A stretch of DNA of 64,000 bases from Lytechinus pictus. Its lineage: Eukaryota. The DNA is taken from NCBI RefSeq assembly GCF_037042905.1, contig NC_087252.1:7194001-7258000 (forward strand). Direction: 5' to 3'. Position 1 is the stretch's first letter. The number at the start of each line of letters is the position of its first letter. Both the position numbers and the translations under genes were made by a program. Positions 26,367-39,630 of this stretch are shown one piece after another. The notes beneath the pieces are model-generated. The model was not told the DNA's origin. It ran no database searches and saw nothing but the letters and a program-made list of their open reading frames with translations.

Positions 26367-28015
26367 ATGCTAGTTCATCACAACTTTAGCTGGATCTTGC
26401 TGCAGAAAGTGCATCGTGTAGTTCTACAAATATCTCGGGTGAGAGGCAGTTTGGCAGAGCGGATGCAATGCTTCATAGGGCCCCTAACATTTCTGTGGTA
26501 AGGTCGAATCCAAACTGATGTTTTCATCAAATGATACAGCCTCCTGGCTACAAAAATTTCCTGTAGATGAAAGAGAAAACAAAATAATGAATGCAATGAA
26601 ATTGGGAAAAAGTGAGGCTAGAGGGGCAAAAACAAAAGCAAATGGTTGTAAAGTTAGTACAGGAGAGGAACAAAATGAGAAGAAAGGAACTCACAGAAAA
26701 GGAAACAAAACAGAGAGACAAACTTGAGACTAGCTCCTTTAAAAAAAGTTCTGTATGGTGTACTATGGATCTGTAAAAATATTTTAAAATTATGTAAAGT
26801 TTCAAGGATTGAGCATGCATAGGAAATCACGTAAAGGCAAGGATATCAAGTCACGAATAAAAACAAAAAATGAGGGGGGGGGAATGGGAATTACATCACC
26901 CCCCCCCCACCCCGCCTCTCCAAAAAAAAAAAAAAAACGACTTTAATAACTTGTCAAAACTCTATCTAGTATCAGCTTATGTTATTATCCTTTTTAATGT
27001 TATTGTTAGGGATCGAGAGAAAGGATGAACGCGGGGGGGGGGGTGCATTTTTCGGATTCATACTTTCAGGCATCAGTGTACTGAAGGGGAACATTTAACA
27101 TAGGACTACAAAAAATTGCGGTGGACAGACAAGAAACAAGAAATGATGATTAAAATGAAAGAAAAAATTCTCGATCTCAAAACAACTTGAAAAAAGAAAG
27201 ATGCAAAACCAAATGTTATCAACTCACTTACATATTATATTTGAAATCCATCCCAATGGTCTTCCATGTCGTAATTGTGCACTGTAATTCAGATAATCTA
27301 GTTAAAACATGTGAAATTAACTTCAAGTCTCAAATCAATCGTCTTGCACACTGTGCCTTGCAAAACAACAAAATACTCCGATATATGCGTATCATGAACG
27401 CACATGCATATTTATGAGCGCCGCGAAAATGACCAATCTCATTCACAAATGATGCGCACTTACGCTTCGTCACCATGCCGCGAGAAGCGTTTATGCGCGA
27501 TGTAAAATCTCCGCCCCGAATTGGCAATCCCCGAATGCGCATGCGCGGTGGTGATTGATACTCGATGGTCGACAATTCGTTCGGAATGGATAATACTTAG
27601 AAATCATTTCTTAAAAAAATCATAACTTGAGTTATTCTTCATCATATGTCTTAATCAATGCATCATCGTAATGGGTGACACATTTTCTTTATGTTGAGGT
27701 AAGTTTCAACAGATTTGGATGAAGATTTGAATTATCAGTGGCGTACCTAGCTAGGTTTGAATATAGAGTCTGTAGGTCAAAGGTCACAGCTCATTAAATA
27801 TGCGAGTGTCACAGCTCATTAAATATGCGAGTTGGTTTCCGCATGATAACTATTAGATGTGCAGGTAGATGACACCAAAATACAGGCTAAGTTCGAAATC
27901 AGAGTCCGCAGGTCAAAGGTCACAGCTCATTAAATATGCAAGTTGGTTTCCGCATGATAAATATGAAATATTCAACAGATTTTTAAAAATTGTTGGTGTG
28001 TAGGTAGATGAACAC

Positions 28016-28932
28016 TGTTATAGCAATTACATTAATTTAGTTATTTCCTCTTTAGATATTCATAGCATAATTAATATAATGATTAAGAATATTCCAGAGT
28101 TTCTCAGTCAAGCTTTGTTCTAAGGCATGTCAATTGAATACATGTATGCTGAGTAATCTTTGTTATTTCTCAAATGTAGACAATAGAGCCTGCCTGCAGT
28201 GAAAAGAACAATTTAGGATTAGCTATGTTGTTTTACTTGTTTACATTGTTAATTTCACTGATGTCATTCAAGAGTCTTCTAGAAGTGGACTATTCTCGAA
28301 AGAAGGATAATGTTCTTTTTTATTAAAGACAATACTAATTACTAGAAGCTTCCAGAATAGTGTAAATTTATATATTATAAGCTGACAGTTTCTTCATCAT
28401 ATCAAATCAGAACTCAGAGTTTCACACCAGACTTTATGTCAGAGCATAGTTTATTTTCAACTGGAATGCAAGGTTTATCTGAACAGTGGAATTATTTGCA
28501 CGCCATCAATGAACTTTTTGCAGTTATTTTAAAAGAGGAATTCTCAGTTCTCATTGAGATCATCAACCTGTAGTGAATGCTTTTCAACCTCATGAATTGC
28601 TGAAATTGACTGTTTGTCATCATCAACATCGTCTTCACAGACATTTCAACTTGTTACAGTGACTCTTGTTATTCATCGTGCTTCAACATCAATTTCATCA
28701 TCGCCATCATTGTGAACTTTAATAGGAATCTTTGCCAACCAACTTGAATTTTATCTGGATTTAATACAGGACTATCATAACTTTGGATTGCAAATCTAAT
28801 TCTTCAAGACATATAATGTTTGGTTTTATTTTGTTTAGTGTATAATTGATCTACATGTATTTCCTGTAATAAAAGAAAAGGAAATCAAATTTAAAACCAA
28901 ATTTCATTGTTATTTGTTGCAATATCGGAACA
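28016..28932 (+). mobile_element. Solo LTR (917 bp)
   Basis: TGTT...AACA termini, 4-bp TSD ACAC, AATAAA near 28868. Interrupts a family E unit. Confidence 0.75.
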
Positions 28933-29800
28933 ACACCAAAATACATGCTAAGTTCGAATTCGGAGTCGGCAGGTCAAAGGTCACAGCTCATTAAAAATGC
29001 AAATTGGTTTCTGCATGATAACTTATGAAATATTCAACAGATTTTTAAGAAATATGGGTGTGTAGGTAGATGACACCAAAATACAGGCTAAGTTCAAATT
29101 TGGAGTCTGCAGGTCAAAGCTCATTAATATGCGAGTTGGTTTTTCTCTTGATAAGTTATGAATATTCAACAGATTTAAAAAAAATTTGGGTGTGCACGTA
29201 GACGACACCAAAATGCAGGCTACATGTAAGTTCAAATTCTTAGTCCGCAGGTCAAAGGTCACAGCTCATTTTATGCGAGTTGCTTCAAATCTAAATTTGT
29301 TGATTATATGCATATTGGTTCAAATATCTAAATTTTTTTATTATATTGGTTTCTGCACGATATTAAGTTCAATCGTATTGAATGAATTTCTGATCGTGTT
29401 AAGCAGGGGCATCTGTGTCCTTTGGACAGTGGACACGTCAAATTTCTAGTTCTTAATGGAATTTTAAAATTCAACTTTCATGCTTTAATACCCCACTTCT
29501 TAAAATAAAGATGAAGTTTTGTCTTCTAGGTTGACCTTTTCTTGGACTTGCCCATTTTCTGATTCTATTCATGCCATTGGGGAAAGAACAAAGAAACAAA
29601 GTTCAATCAAAGGACACTGGAAGCAATAATTTGTATATAGGTCAATCCATGTCAAATCAACCAATGCTTGTCACCCAACCCTCTTCGCACACAAGGTTAC
29701 CGAAAATCGTGTCAATGTTTTCAGAAGCTTATTTGTAGGCTCACAAATCCAATATTCAATGAAATAGAACCAAATATGCACATTTATGGACTTTCATATA

Positions 29801-31251
29801 CAGTTGGCAGCAAAATTATTCAACCCCCCTCACATTTTTGACATTTTGGTGAATCAAATGATGTTGAAACTGCAGATTGTTACTAAATCATTTAAGTAGT
29901 TAAAAGATAGTTAATTACAATTGAATACCAGAGAAAAAAATCCAGATTTAATTCCCAGTCTATTCTAAATTGCAGCTTTCACATAAAAAGCAGGTGGCAA
30001 AATTATTCAACCCCCTATTAATATACAGGGATGAATACATTAATAATGACAAATGACAAGCCAAGTGCACATGTTTAGAGGTGAATTCAATGCAGCAAAG
30101 GAGCTGTAAAAAGGGCTTGACTAAATAAAGGCCTGTGCTATAAGGGGGTACTGAGGTTTCTGTGCACACAGTGCACCGCACCCTTCATGCTGAAGGCCTG
30201 AGGGCAAGGGTCCCTAGACACATATCACTTCTGAAGCCACATCACAAGAAATGTTGCCTCCAGTTTGCTAGAACCAACCTGACAAAGCTACAGAAGTTCT
30301 GGGACAATGTTCTCTGGACTGATGAAACCAAGCTGGAGCTCTTTGGTCCTATGGATCAACGAGGCGCAGGAAGAATGAAGCGTACAAAGAGAAGAACACT
30401 CTGCCTGTGAAGCGTGGGGGAGGGTCTGTGATGCTGTAGGGGTTTTTTGCTGCTACTGGTGCTGGGAATCTCCAGTTTATTGAAGGCATCATGGATTCTG
30501 TCAGGTACCAGGATATTCTAGCGAAGAATGTCAACCCATCTTTAAAGAAGTTGGAGCTTGGACATCATTGGACATTCCAGCAGGACAACGACCTCAAGTA
30601 CAGCTCCAAATCTACAAAGGCCTGGCTGGAGAAGAATGGAAGGTCCTTGATTGGCCATCACAGTCTCCAGACCTAAACCCAGAATTTGTGGTGCGATCTG
30701 AAGAAAACCGTTGCAGCACGTAGACCTACCAGCATTGCTGACCTTGAGACCATTGTGCAAGAGGAGTGAGCCAAAATCTCCAAGGAGCGTTGTGAGAAGC
30801 TTTACAGTGAGAGGCTATTCATCTCGTGTGCAGGAGGCCATTGCAACCAATGGATGCTGCACAAAGTACTAAAAGACACACCCATCTGGGTTGAATGACG
30901 TTACAACTTGTTTGTTGTGCATATAAAGGTTCCAGTTTCATGTGGAGGATAAATAGAATCAGCTTTCACCTCAGAATATATGCACTGGCTTTTAAATTGT
31001 CATTATTTGTGCATTCCTTTCTTGTGTATGATATAGGGGGTTGAATAATTTTGCAACATGCTTTTTGTGCGCAAATCGCAATTTCGGATGACATATGAAG
31101 TAAATTTTGATTTTTTTTCTCTGGCATTCTTAAGTAATTAACTGTCTGCTAACTATCTTAGTGGTTCAGTAACAATCTGCAGTCGCAATATTATTCATTA
31201 TGACATAATGTCAAAAATGAGAGGGGGGTTGAATAATTTTGCTTCCAACTG
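29801..31251 (+). mobile_element. Tc1 transposon, IR/DR type, decayed DD34E transposase
   Basis: TA|CAGTTGG...CCAACTG|TA, ~215-bp TIRs with inner direct repeat AAAATTATTCAACCCCC. Motifs VLWTDETK, FQQDND and SPDLNP; N-terminus deleted. Confidence 0.95.
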
Positions 31252-33010
31252 TATACTTAACAGAATTACAAAATATTGACACAAGACTGTGCGTCGTTTT
31301 CTTAGGGTGCCCTGAAAGTTGGATTTTTTTTAAAACGATGCCAAGTCCAAGGTCACGGATCACCTCCCGTCCCATCGAGGAGGGGACCAATTTCTGTGTT
31401 TTGATAGACATTTACCAATATTGTTACTTGAGAAATTTTGCTACCGGAATGTTTAGGGGCTGATTTGCACATTCCAAAATGGTCGTAAACACCTTAAAAT
31501 TAATGTTAAATGACACATACATGTACATGCTTTTCAACACTTTTCAAATTGTGATAACTCAAAGATTTATGAAGAGCCAAAAGACAGTGATATCTTCTGT
31601 GATGTACATGTAGAATGTAATTAGAAACTTTTTATTGTTGGTAATGACCTTGATAACACACCTAAAATTCAATAAAAACAATGAATTGGTTAATTTTCCA
31701 GAATCATATGGCATTTGAGTGTGTTTACATTGACTTTCAAATGGGTGTCATATTTCAATACTACATGTAAGGGTGAATTTTAAGCCAAAAATTTAAAGAC
31801 ATGTTCAACTTTTGTTCTACTTTTTAAAAGCAATATATTTGAACTTGTTTACTTAAAGAACTTTCTTTTAAAAAAATATGAATTGAAATGAACTCATAAA
31901 GTATCTTTAAAAAATATAACGGGGCAAAAAACTTGTTTGCTCCCCATTTTTCATTCTTTTTAGCATGTGCCTCACCCCCTCCCTTCTGCCCGGGGAGGGG
32001 GGGCAGTCAAATATATTGCTGTACACATGCAAGACCAATAAAATGTGTTAAAAGGGATGTTCTTTTCAGTGGACGCGGGACGCACGTTAAGGGTATCAAA
32101 AACACTGATTTTCAAAAAAAAGAGGGTGGTTTTGAAAGACTGGTCAATGATCAATCGCGGGGTCAAATTTAAGTGGGTTTTTTTTTCCAAAGCTTTTTTT
32201 TATAAAGACTAGCCAAATGAGTTTTAATGGTGCATGTTTTTTCCTTAAGCTTTTTCCATGGGGTCATATTCTGGTGACAACTTTTTTAGGGGCCAAAATG
32301 TGTAAATAAAGCCCACAACTTGTTTAGGGGGTTATTTTGCACACAGAGAAAAACTTGTTTAGGGGGTGTTTGGACATAATTTGGCCACTTATGTGAGAGG
32401 AAATATTGCAACGAGGCGATAATGGTCTCTTTCATGAGGGAAGCAAGATAAATAGTCGTGATGCCTCGAATATCATATTTCAATAACTCACAGCTTCTCC
32501 GCCCTTTTTGAATTGCCTGCATAGCAGAGCGAGACTATAGGCGCCGCTTTTCCGATGGTGGCGGCGGCGGCGTCAACATCAAATCTTAACCTAAGGTTAA
32601 GTTTTTTAAATTACATCATAACTTAAAAAGTATATGGACCTAGTTCATGAAACTTGGACATAAGGTTGATCAAGTATTACTGAACATCCTGCCTAAGTTT
32701 CAGGTCACATGACCAAGGTCAAAGGTCATTTAGGGTCAATGAACTTGGACCATGTTGGGAGAATTATTTTCAAAATCGTAACCAAAGGTTAGGTTTTTGA
32801 AATGACATCATAACTTAGAAAGTGGGCATAAGGTTGATCAAGTATTAGTGAACATCCTGCTCGAGTTTCAGGTCACATGACCAAGGTCAAAGGTCACTTA
32901 GGGTCAATGAACTTTGGTCAAGTTGGGGGTATTTGTTGAATTACTATCATAACTTTGAAAATTTATGGATCTAGTTCATGAAATTTGGACATAAGGTTAA
33001 TCAAGTATTA

Positions 33011-36000
33011 GGTCATTTTCAAACGTGAGTGACACAACAATCGGAGAGGGTTAAGGGCTCATATCTTTAAACTTAAAGGTTATGAATCAATCATGACTAC
33101 TATATTATATACAATGTAGGACTGGCATGGGCCACTACCAGTTTGATTTGAATTCTACAATTTGTTTAGTAGATATGATTGAAAAATGATGCGTGAGTGA
33201 CAGGACAAATTTTGGACATGGGTTTCTGACCATTATCACTTATGATTGGATTCGTGCCCAAGTAGCTGTCCAGGAGTACTGTGAGTACCCATACATGTAC
33301 GTAAATAGTGTACCTATCGAGCACATATAGTCAGAATCGATCAAACCTTCTCTATGGAAAATGGTGCCCTCCTATATACCGTGAGTGACACGACATCCAA
33401 AATGTGAGTGACACGACAAGTGCAAAAATACAACATTTATCTCAACAACGAAAGTATTTTGGCATGATGTACAAGAGTGAAATCCCATCAACCAAAAAAC
33501 AAGCTTAATTACATAACAACTGCCTTCTTCAAAGTTGATAACGTGTCATCCTAATGATTTATTGTTGGTTTAAGGTCATATTTGCCCATCAACTCACATT
33601 CCCTATACCATACCGCATTATTGTTACACTCTGGCTTCTACCACTCTCCTCTTTGGAGGAGGAGGCACTTGAAGGAGGTGATTGGTGATTGGTGGTGATT
33701 TTTTACCTGATTGCTAAGAAAGCATGAATGCTTGTAAGCAAGCAACCAGAGGACCGACGGCTTAAGGTCCTCTCCGAAGGACCTGGTACTGAGGATTAAT
33801 GCCTTACCAAAGGGCACTAGCGCACCAAGTGGGAATCGAACCCGGGTCACCGGAATACGAGTCCCCCGCTCTACCGACTGAGCTATCGCGCCTCCATTGG
33901 ACAATGTTATGTGGTCTTGGCATTGACATCAACTCAAACATTCTTTTTGTGGCCTGATTTCATTCAAAACTTTAACTCTTTCTCCCTATCTGTATATACA
34001 GTTTACGGGTTTACAATTCAGCATCCACAACTGATGGAATAATTTTTCCTTGTAAGAAAGGTATTCTGAATAGTCACTCGCATCATCTGGCATGGTCTGG
34101 TAGCCAATGATGTCATGTATGACTCCTTTTTCTTGAAATATTGGATTACAATATTATCCTCCTTAAATATTTTAGGCATTGTCCAAATAGGACTTGGCAG
34201 CTTCAATGTCTTTTTTGTACACTGTACCAAACCACAGTTACTTGGCTGCACACTTCAGATGGACTATTAGCAAATCCTTGAGAAACTTTAATAGGGATCA
34301 AGTTAAATTCATCAAGCATTTAAACACTGCTTGTAAGTGGACCCCTCCAAAGGCACTGTACCAAAATTCAGAGCTATGATTTTCAGCAGGAATCTTGCAA
34401 GCTGCTTTTCATTGCTAATTATCATATTTGATAATAAACCAAACCATGGGTAATACATGGAAAGCCACGAGGTGAAAGACGCATAGTCAGTACCTGATTC
34501 TTGCAAAAACCCACAGCACAGTCTGTTGGTATTACCTACAACTACAAGTCATTAGCCTTTCCTTTGATGAGCCCTTGGATGTTTAATACACTGAAATTCA
34601 ATTCAGCATCCCCAACCATCAAATACTCCCCCCTATACCTCCATATGGCATAGCTTTTTCCCCACGAGGTCCAGCTCAGTTCTAACCAGGGTACCCCCCC
34701 AAGAAAAATTGATCTACATGAAAACACGGCAACTCACCAATGTTGCTCAAATGCAAATTCGGTCTTGGTTGGGACTTGTTGGACCTACATATAATTTACT
34801 CTATCAATTTGTTGTGTGTAATGCAAATCTGCTCTGAACCCACACCGGCCCGCTCACGGTAGTTTGCTGTGCAGACCATAATCACTAGTGGTATGAATGG
34901 TGGCCAAACAAAGAATGATTTTGAACCAGGCATGTAGCTACTTCAAGCAATATCCAAATGCTCTTTTAAATCTCAGTATATTCTCACCTGAGATTTTGTT
35001 GCAAAAAAATTGTTTATTTTATGTCCTCGAATTCATGTACAAGCTTTGTGGCAAAAAAGGTTAATTTTAATTAATCAGAAGGGAAAGATTTTTTTCTGAT
35101 TTTGAAAGAATGTTTGGTGTTCACGGAGATCTCTTCATACACTTTTCTACCATTAGAATATTTTATCTATTTCTGCAAATTTCAAAATAAGATCCCTGAC
35201 CTTGCTAGCTTTAAACCTTTAATTAGTAAGACAAAGAAATAACATTCCTAAAAAGATAGGTGAACGTTCTGCTCATTTCCGTAAATGGAGACAGAGAATG
35301 TTCAAGTCATACCTGACTAACTTGAACCATAACCAAATCTTTATGCACTGTAAATATGTTCATTACTATGTATAGTGGTTTTTCTCTTGATATATCCATA
35401 ATTTTGTGTTGATTGATTATGTTATTATATTCTTTTATCTCAGTAGATCATTAAAATATGAATTAGAATCTGAGTCTTCACACAAATGGAAAGTTGTCAG
35501 GATTTTTGAAACTGAGGAAACCATGGAGAGGAAAGAAAATAGATGAACTCAACGTCAAATTCAATATTTCCATTGATAGGGGTGAAGTTGGGAAAACAGA
35601 AATAAATATTAGCCTTACATAGGCCTAAATGATGTCAGGAACAACATTTTGACTCCATCCCTGAATTTATCTCATAAAATGCTTAGAAAATTATTCATGT
35701 CCTTTTTTATACACAATATGAGACTGTGAGTGACACGACATTTCGTGAGTGACACAACATTGTGAGTGACACGACACAACTTTAACAATTAATTTTAGCT
35801 TAACCTTAACACATTGGACCAAGTTACTTTATATACAGTAAGGTATGGGAAAACTGTATTTGCTCCTGTACTGGGATAAATTAATTTTCAGAATACACTG
35901 CTCTAGAAAACTTTTTGTCTTTAAAACGTGAGTGACACGACAACCAGTTTTGAAAACTTTAAAGATCTACTTTTTCAGAAAAACACTTCAGATAATTTTT

Positions 36001-36301
36001 TTTTATTTAGGAGTTTAATAGATACAATACAGAGCTTGTATCTTGCCAACAAATATGCTTCCAATACAAATTTTATATTGTGATAGGCAATATGTGAATT
36101 TTAATGCAAAAATCAGCATTTTGTAACATTAAATTTCCCTTGCACTAAATTCGCTGTATTTCAAGACACAATGAATAATTTTATGTAACTGAAATGGAAA
36201 AACATACTCTGAGATGTCTAGTTTAAAAAACCATTGAAGCCTACTGATTTCTAGCAAGTTTTAATTTTTACCCCCATGTCCACTTATGTTTGAAAATGAC
36301 C
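33011..36301. mobile_element. 3.1-kb DNA transposon with 4-bp TSD, copy 2 (carries a SINE)
   Basis: Collinear with 8486-11558, flanks ATTA / ATAA. Removing it restores host caagtattagtgaacatcc. Confidence 0.88.
33678..33895 (-). mobile_element. tRNA-derived SINE
   Basis: Minus strand GGAGGCGCGA-TAGCTCAGTCGG (A box)...GGTTCGATTCC (B box), unrelated body and (ATCACCA)-type tail. Absent from copy 1 of the host element. Confidence 0.9.
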
Positions 36302-36559
36302 ATAAGTGAACATCCTGCCTCAGTTACAGGTCACATGACCAAGTTCAAAGGTCATTTAGGGTCAATGAACTTTGGCCAAGTTGGGGGGTATTTGTTGAAT
36401 TACCATCATAACTTTGACAATTTATGGATCTACATATAGTTCATGAAACTTGGACATTAGGTTAATTAAGTACCACTGAATATCCTGTGCGAGTTTCAGG
36501 TCTCATGACCATGGTCAATGGTCATTTAAGGTCAATGAACTTTGGCCCTGTTAGGGTAA

Positions 36560-37639
36560 TTGTATCCCCCGAACAGAGTTCGGAGGATACTATGGATTTG
36601 GCGCCGCCGCCGCAGAGATTTCTTTGTGAGCGCTCTATCATCTCCAAATCTCATCTTCAAATTTGGCATGAAGGTCGAGTATGGTATAGCGAAACCGTCT
36701 ATCGATTTTGGTGTGGGCGGAGACATCTTTGCCATGGCAACAAGAGTTTTTCGGGAAATAGCAGATATGTCCTTGTGAGCGCTCTACCAGCTGCATTTCT
36801 TCTCCGATTATCTTCAAATTTGGCATGAAGGTCGAGTATGGTATAGCGAAACTGCCTATTGATTTTGGTGTGGGCGGAGACATTGTTGCCATGGTAACAA
36901 GAGTTTTTGTCTCGCCCACCAGAGGTGAAGGCGAGACTTAGGGATCCAAATGTCATCCGTCTGTCACAAACCTAATGACACCTAACTCCACAACCGTAAG
37001 TCACTTTTCAACCAAACTTGGATGCTAGATGGATTTGGGAGACCTGCATCCTATGCTGCAGTCGGAGGTCACATGGTAAGGTCAAATTCAGGTCAACATT
37101 AAAGTTTACATGCAAGACTCTCATGACACCTAACTCCGCAACCGTAAGTCACTTTTCAACCAAACTTGGATGGTAGATGGACTTGGGGAACCTGCATGTT
37201 ATGCTGTAGTCAGAGGTCACATGGTAAGGTCAAAGGTTATTTTCAGGTCAATGTTAAAGTTTATATGCAAGACTCTCTTATGACACCTAACTCCGCAATC
37301 GTATGTCACTTTTCAACCAAACTTGGATGGTAGATGGATTTAGGGTACCTGCATGTTATGCTACAGTCGAATGTCACATCATGGTAAGGTCAAAGGTCAT
37401 TTTCAGGTCAACTTTGAAGTTTACATGCAAGACTTTTTCTCTGCAACCATAAGTCACTTTTCAACCACACTTGGATGGTAGATGGGCTTGGAGGACCTGC
37501 ATGCTAGGGTTATTGTCGCCATGATAATTGTATTTATTTGTCAAATTTCTGTGTGAGCTCTTTATATCACAATGACGGATGACGCGGTGGGTTGGGGGGA
37601 TACATGTGCTCGGCTGCGCGACCCGCCGAGCATCTCTAG
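36560..37639 (+). mobile_element. HINE-like family B element containing a family C element (from 36904)
   Basis: Subterminal inverted repeat tgtatcccccgaac / gttggggggataca, 3' hairpin tgctcggc..gccgagca plus CTAG. Confidence 0.72.
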
Positions 37640-37815
37640 AACTTTGTTGAATTGCCATTATAACTTTGAAAGTTTATGGATAGAGTGAATGAAATGTGGA
37701 CATGGGTGTAGTTATCAAGTCTGAAGTAACTGTTCAAATGTCATTTAAAATTGTCAATGAACGTGGTATTACATGTATGTCTTTAATATATGAATGGTGT
37801 TTTTGTGAATGATTA

Positions 37816-38922
37816 TTGTATCCTCCGAACAGAGTTCGGAGGATAACTATGGATTTGGCCTCTCGCGCCGCGTCCACCGCCGCAGAGATTTTCTTGTGAG
37901 CGCTTTATCAGTTGCATTTCTTCTCCGATCATCTTCAAATTTGGCATGAAGGTTGAGTATTGTATAGCGAAGCCGCCTATTGATTTTGGTGTGGGCGGAG
38001 ACATCGTTGCCATGGGAACAGGAGTTTTTGTCTCGCCCACCAGAGGTGAAGGCGGAGACTTAGGGATCCAAATGTTGTCCGTCCGTCACAAACCTAATGA
38101 CACATAACTCCACAACCGTAAGTCACTTTTCAACCAAACTTGGATGGTAGATGGATTTGGGAGACCTGCATCTTATGCTGCAGTCGGAGGTCACAGGGTA
38201 AGGTCAAAGGTCATTTTCAGGTCAACGTTAAAGTTTTCATGCAAGACTCGTCTGACACCTAACTCCGCAACCGTAAGTCACTTTTCAACCAAACTTAGAT
38301 GGTAGATGGACTTGGGGGACCTGCATGTTATGCTGCAGTCAAAGGTCACATGGTAAGGTCAAAGGTAATTTTCAGGTCATATGTTTAATAAAGTTTACAT
38401 CCAAGACTCTTATGACACCTAACTCTGCAACCGTAAATCACTTTTCAACCAAACTTGGATGGTAGATGGACTTGGGGGACCTGCATGTTATGCTGCAGTC
38501 GGAGGTCACATGGTAAGGTTAAAGGTCATTTTCAGGTCAACGTTAAAGTTTACATCCAAGACTCTTATGACACCTACATAACTCCGCAACCGTAAGTCAC
38601 TTTTCAACAAAACAATATTAGAAGCAATATTAGAAGGTGAATCTAAGATGCCTATCATTTTTGGTGGGGGGTTTTAGGGTTAGGTTTACAAAATATATCC
38701 AAATTACCCTATAATTTTATTCCCCAACAGGTGATACTGGACAATACTTTAGGTTCTGCAGAGTCACGCTGCTACGTCATATTATTGTCATCAAATTTGG
38801 TACCCACAGGCAATATGTGGGCAGGGTCATTGTCACCATAATGATTGTATTTATTTGTCAAATTTCTTTGTGAGCTCCATATATCTCAATGACGGATGAC
38901 GCGGTGAGTTCGGGGGATACAT
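37816..38922 (+). mobile_element. Second family B element with family C inserted at the same site (38024)
   Basis: Same B 5' end, same junction gagtttttgtctcgcccacc, B 3' inverted repeat at about 38910. Confidence 0.7.
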
Positions 38923-39630
38923 GGACTACCGATACTGCAAATATCATCAAGATCAGGCATTTATTCGGTGAAAAAATCAATTTGGAAATGTGTCGTATAG
39001 CTCACGGGTGTTGTGAGTATGCCAATTTTTAAGGCATTTACAGCTATTTTTAGATTAATGTCAAGGTTGAATGACTTTATGTATTATTTGGAGCTTAAAA
39101 AAAGAACCAGAAAGGAACATGATTTGCAATTATCAGCTTGAAGTCACTATTAGTATTGAAATAACACAAATTGAAAGTTGGTGTAAAAACAACCTATAAT
39201 AATGGGATATCAGCGGATTATTGAATTTTTGTGTGAATTTCAGCTGTATTTTCAAGGTCATTGTCATATGAAAACAATTAATTAATACTATATCTTCCAA
39301 GTACTCATTATGGACTACCAATACTGCAAATATCCATATGATCAGGCATTCAGTCTGTGAGAAAATCAATTTTGAAATGTGTTGTAAAGCTCACATGTGT
39401 TGTGGATATGCTAATGTCAGGGCATTTATAGCTATTTTTAGATCAATATCAAGGTCAAAAGATATGACTTTATGTATTATTTGGAGTGTAAAGTAGTACC
39501 ACAAAGAAACATGGTTTACAATTATCAGCTTAAAGTCACTGTTGAAATGACACACAAGTGAAAGTGGGTGTAAACACATTTTAACACCCTATCCTTACAG
39601 AAAATTGACCCGATTTATTGTTTTTGATGA
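38921..39630. repeat. ~390-bp tandem repeat (about 2 units, resumes after 40630)
   Basis: atggactacc(g/a)atactgcaaatatc at 38921 and 39309 with collinear similarity. Confidence 0.7.

Larger units (their letters stand above)
24155..27749. mobile_element. 3.6-kb DNA element with 7-bp TSD
   Basis: TIR TAGGTACGCTACT / AGTGGCGTACCTA, TSD GCTAGGT on both sides. Removing it restores the family E repeat unit. Confidence 0.8.
23851..29451 (+). mobile_element. HINE-like tandem-repeat element, family E, interrupted twice
   Basis: Start tttttatgcccc, tandem units GATGACACCAAAATACAGGCTAAGTT..., end ggggcat plus hairpin gtgtcc..ggacac plus CTAGT. Confidence 0.7.
19122..29553. mobile_element. DNA transposon shell with nested insertions (4-bp-TSD type)
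   Basis: TIR GGGCAAGTCCAAGAA / TTCTTGGACTTGCCC, flanks gttt / attt. Repeated GTTACGTATGGGACA motifs at 19146, 19307, 19496 and inverted at 23414. Confidence 0.7.
32505..37815 (+). mobile_element. Family A HINE-like element interrupted by other elements
   Basis: 5' end as at 19667. Tandem units resume at 36302 and again at 37640. Confidence 0.7.

Noticed and set aside
33820..33895. tRNA gene on the minus strand
   Set aside because: A and B boxes are present, but the sequence continues into a SINE body and tail and is absent from the paralogous host copy.
8486..36301. The two 3.1-kb direct repeats as LTRs of one giant retroelement or as a segmental duplication
   Set aside because: Each copy has its own TIRs and a different TSD, with no TG..CA ends and no shared flanks.
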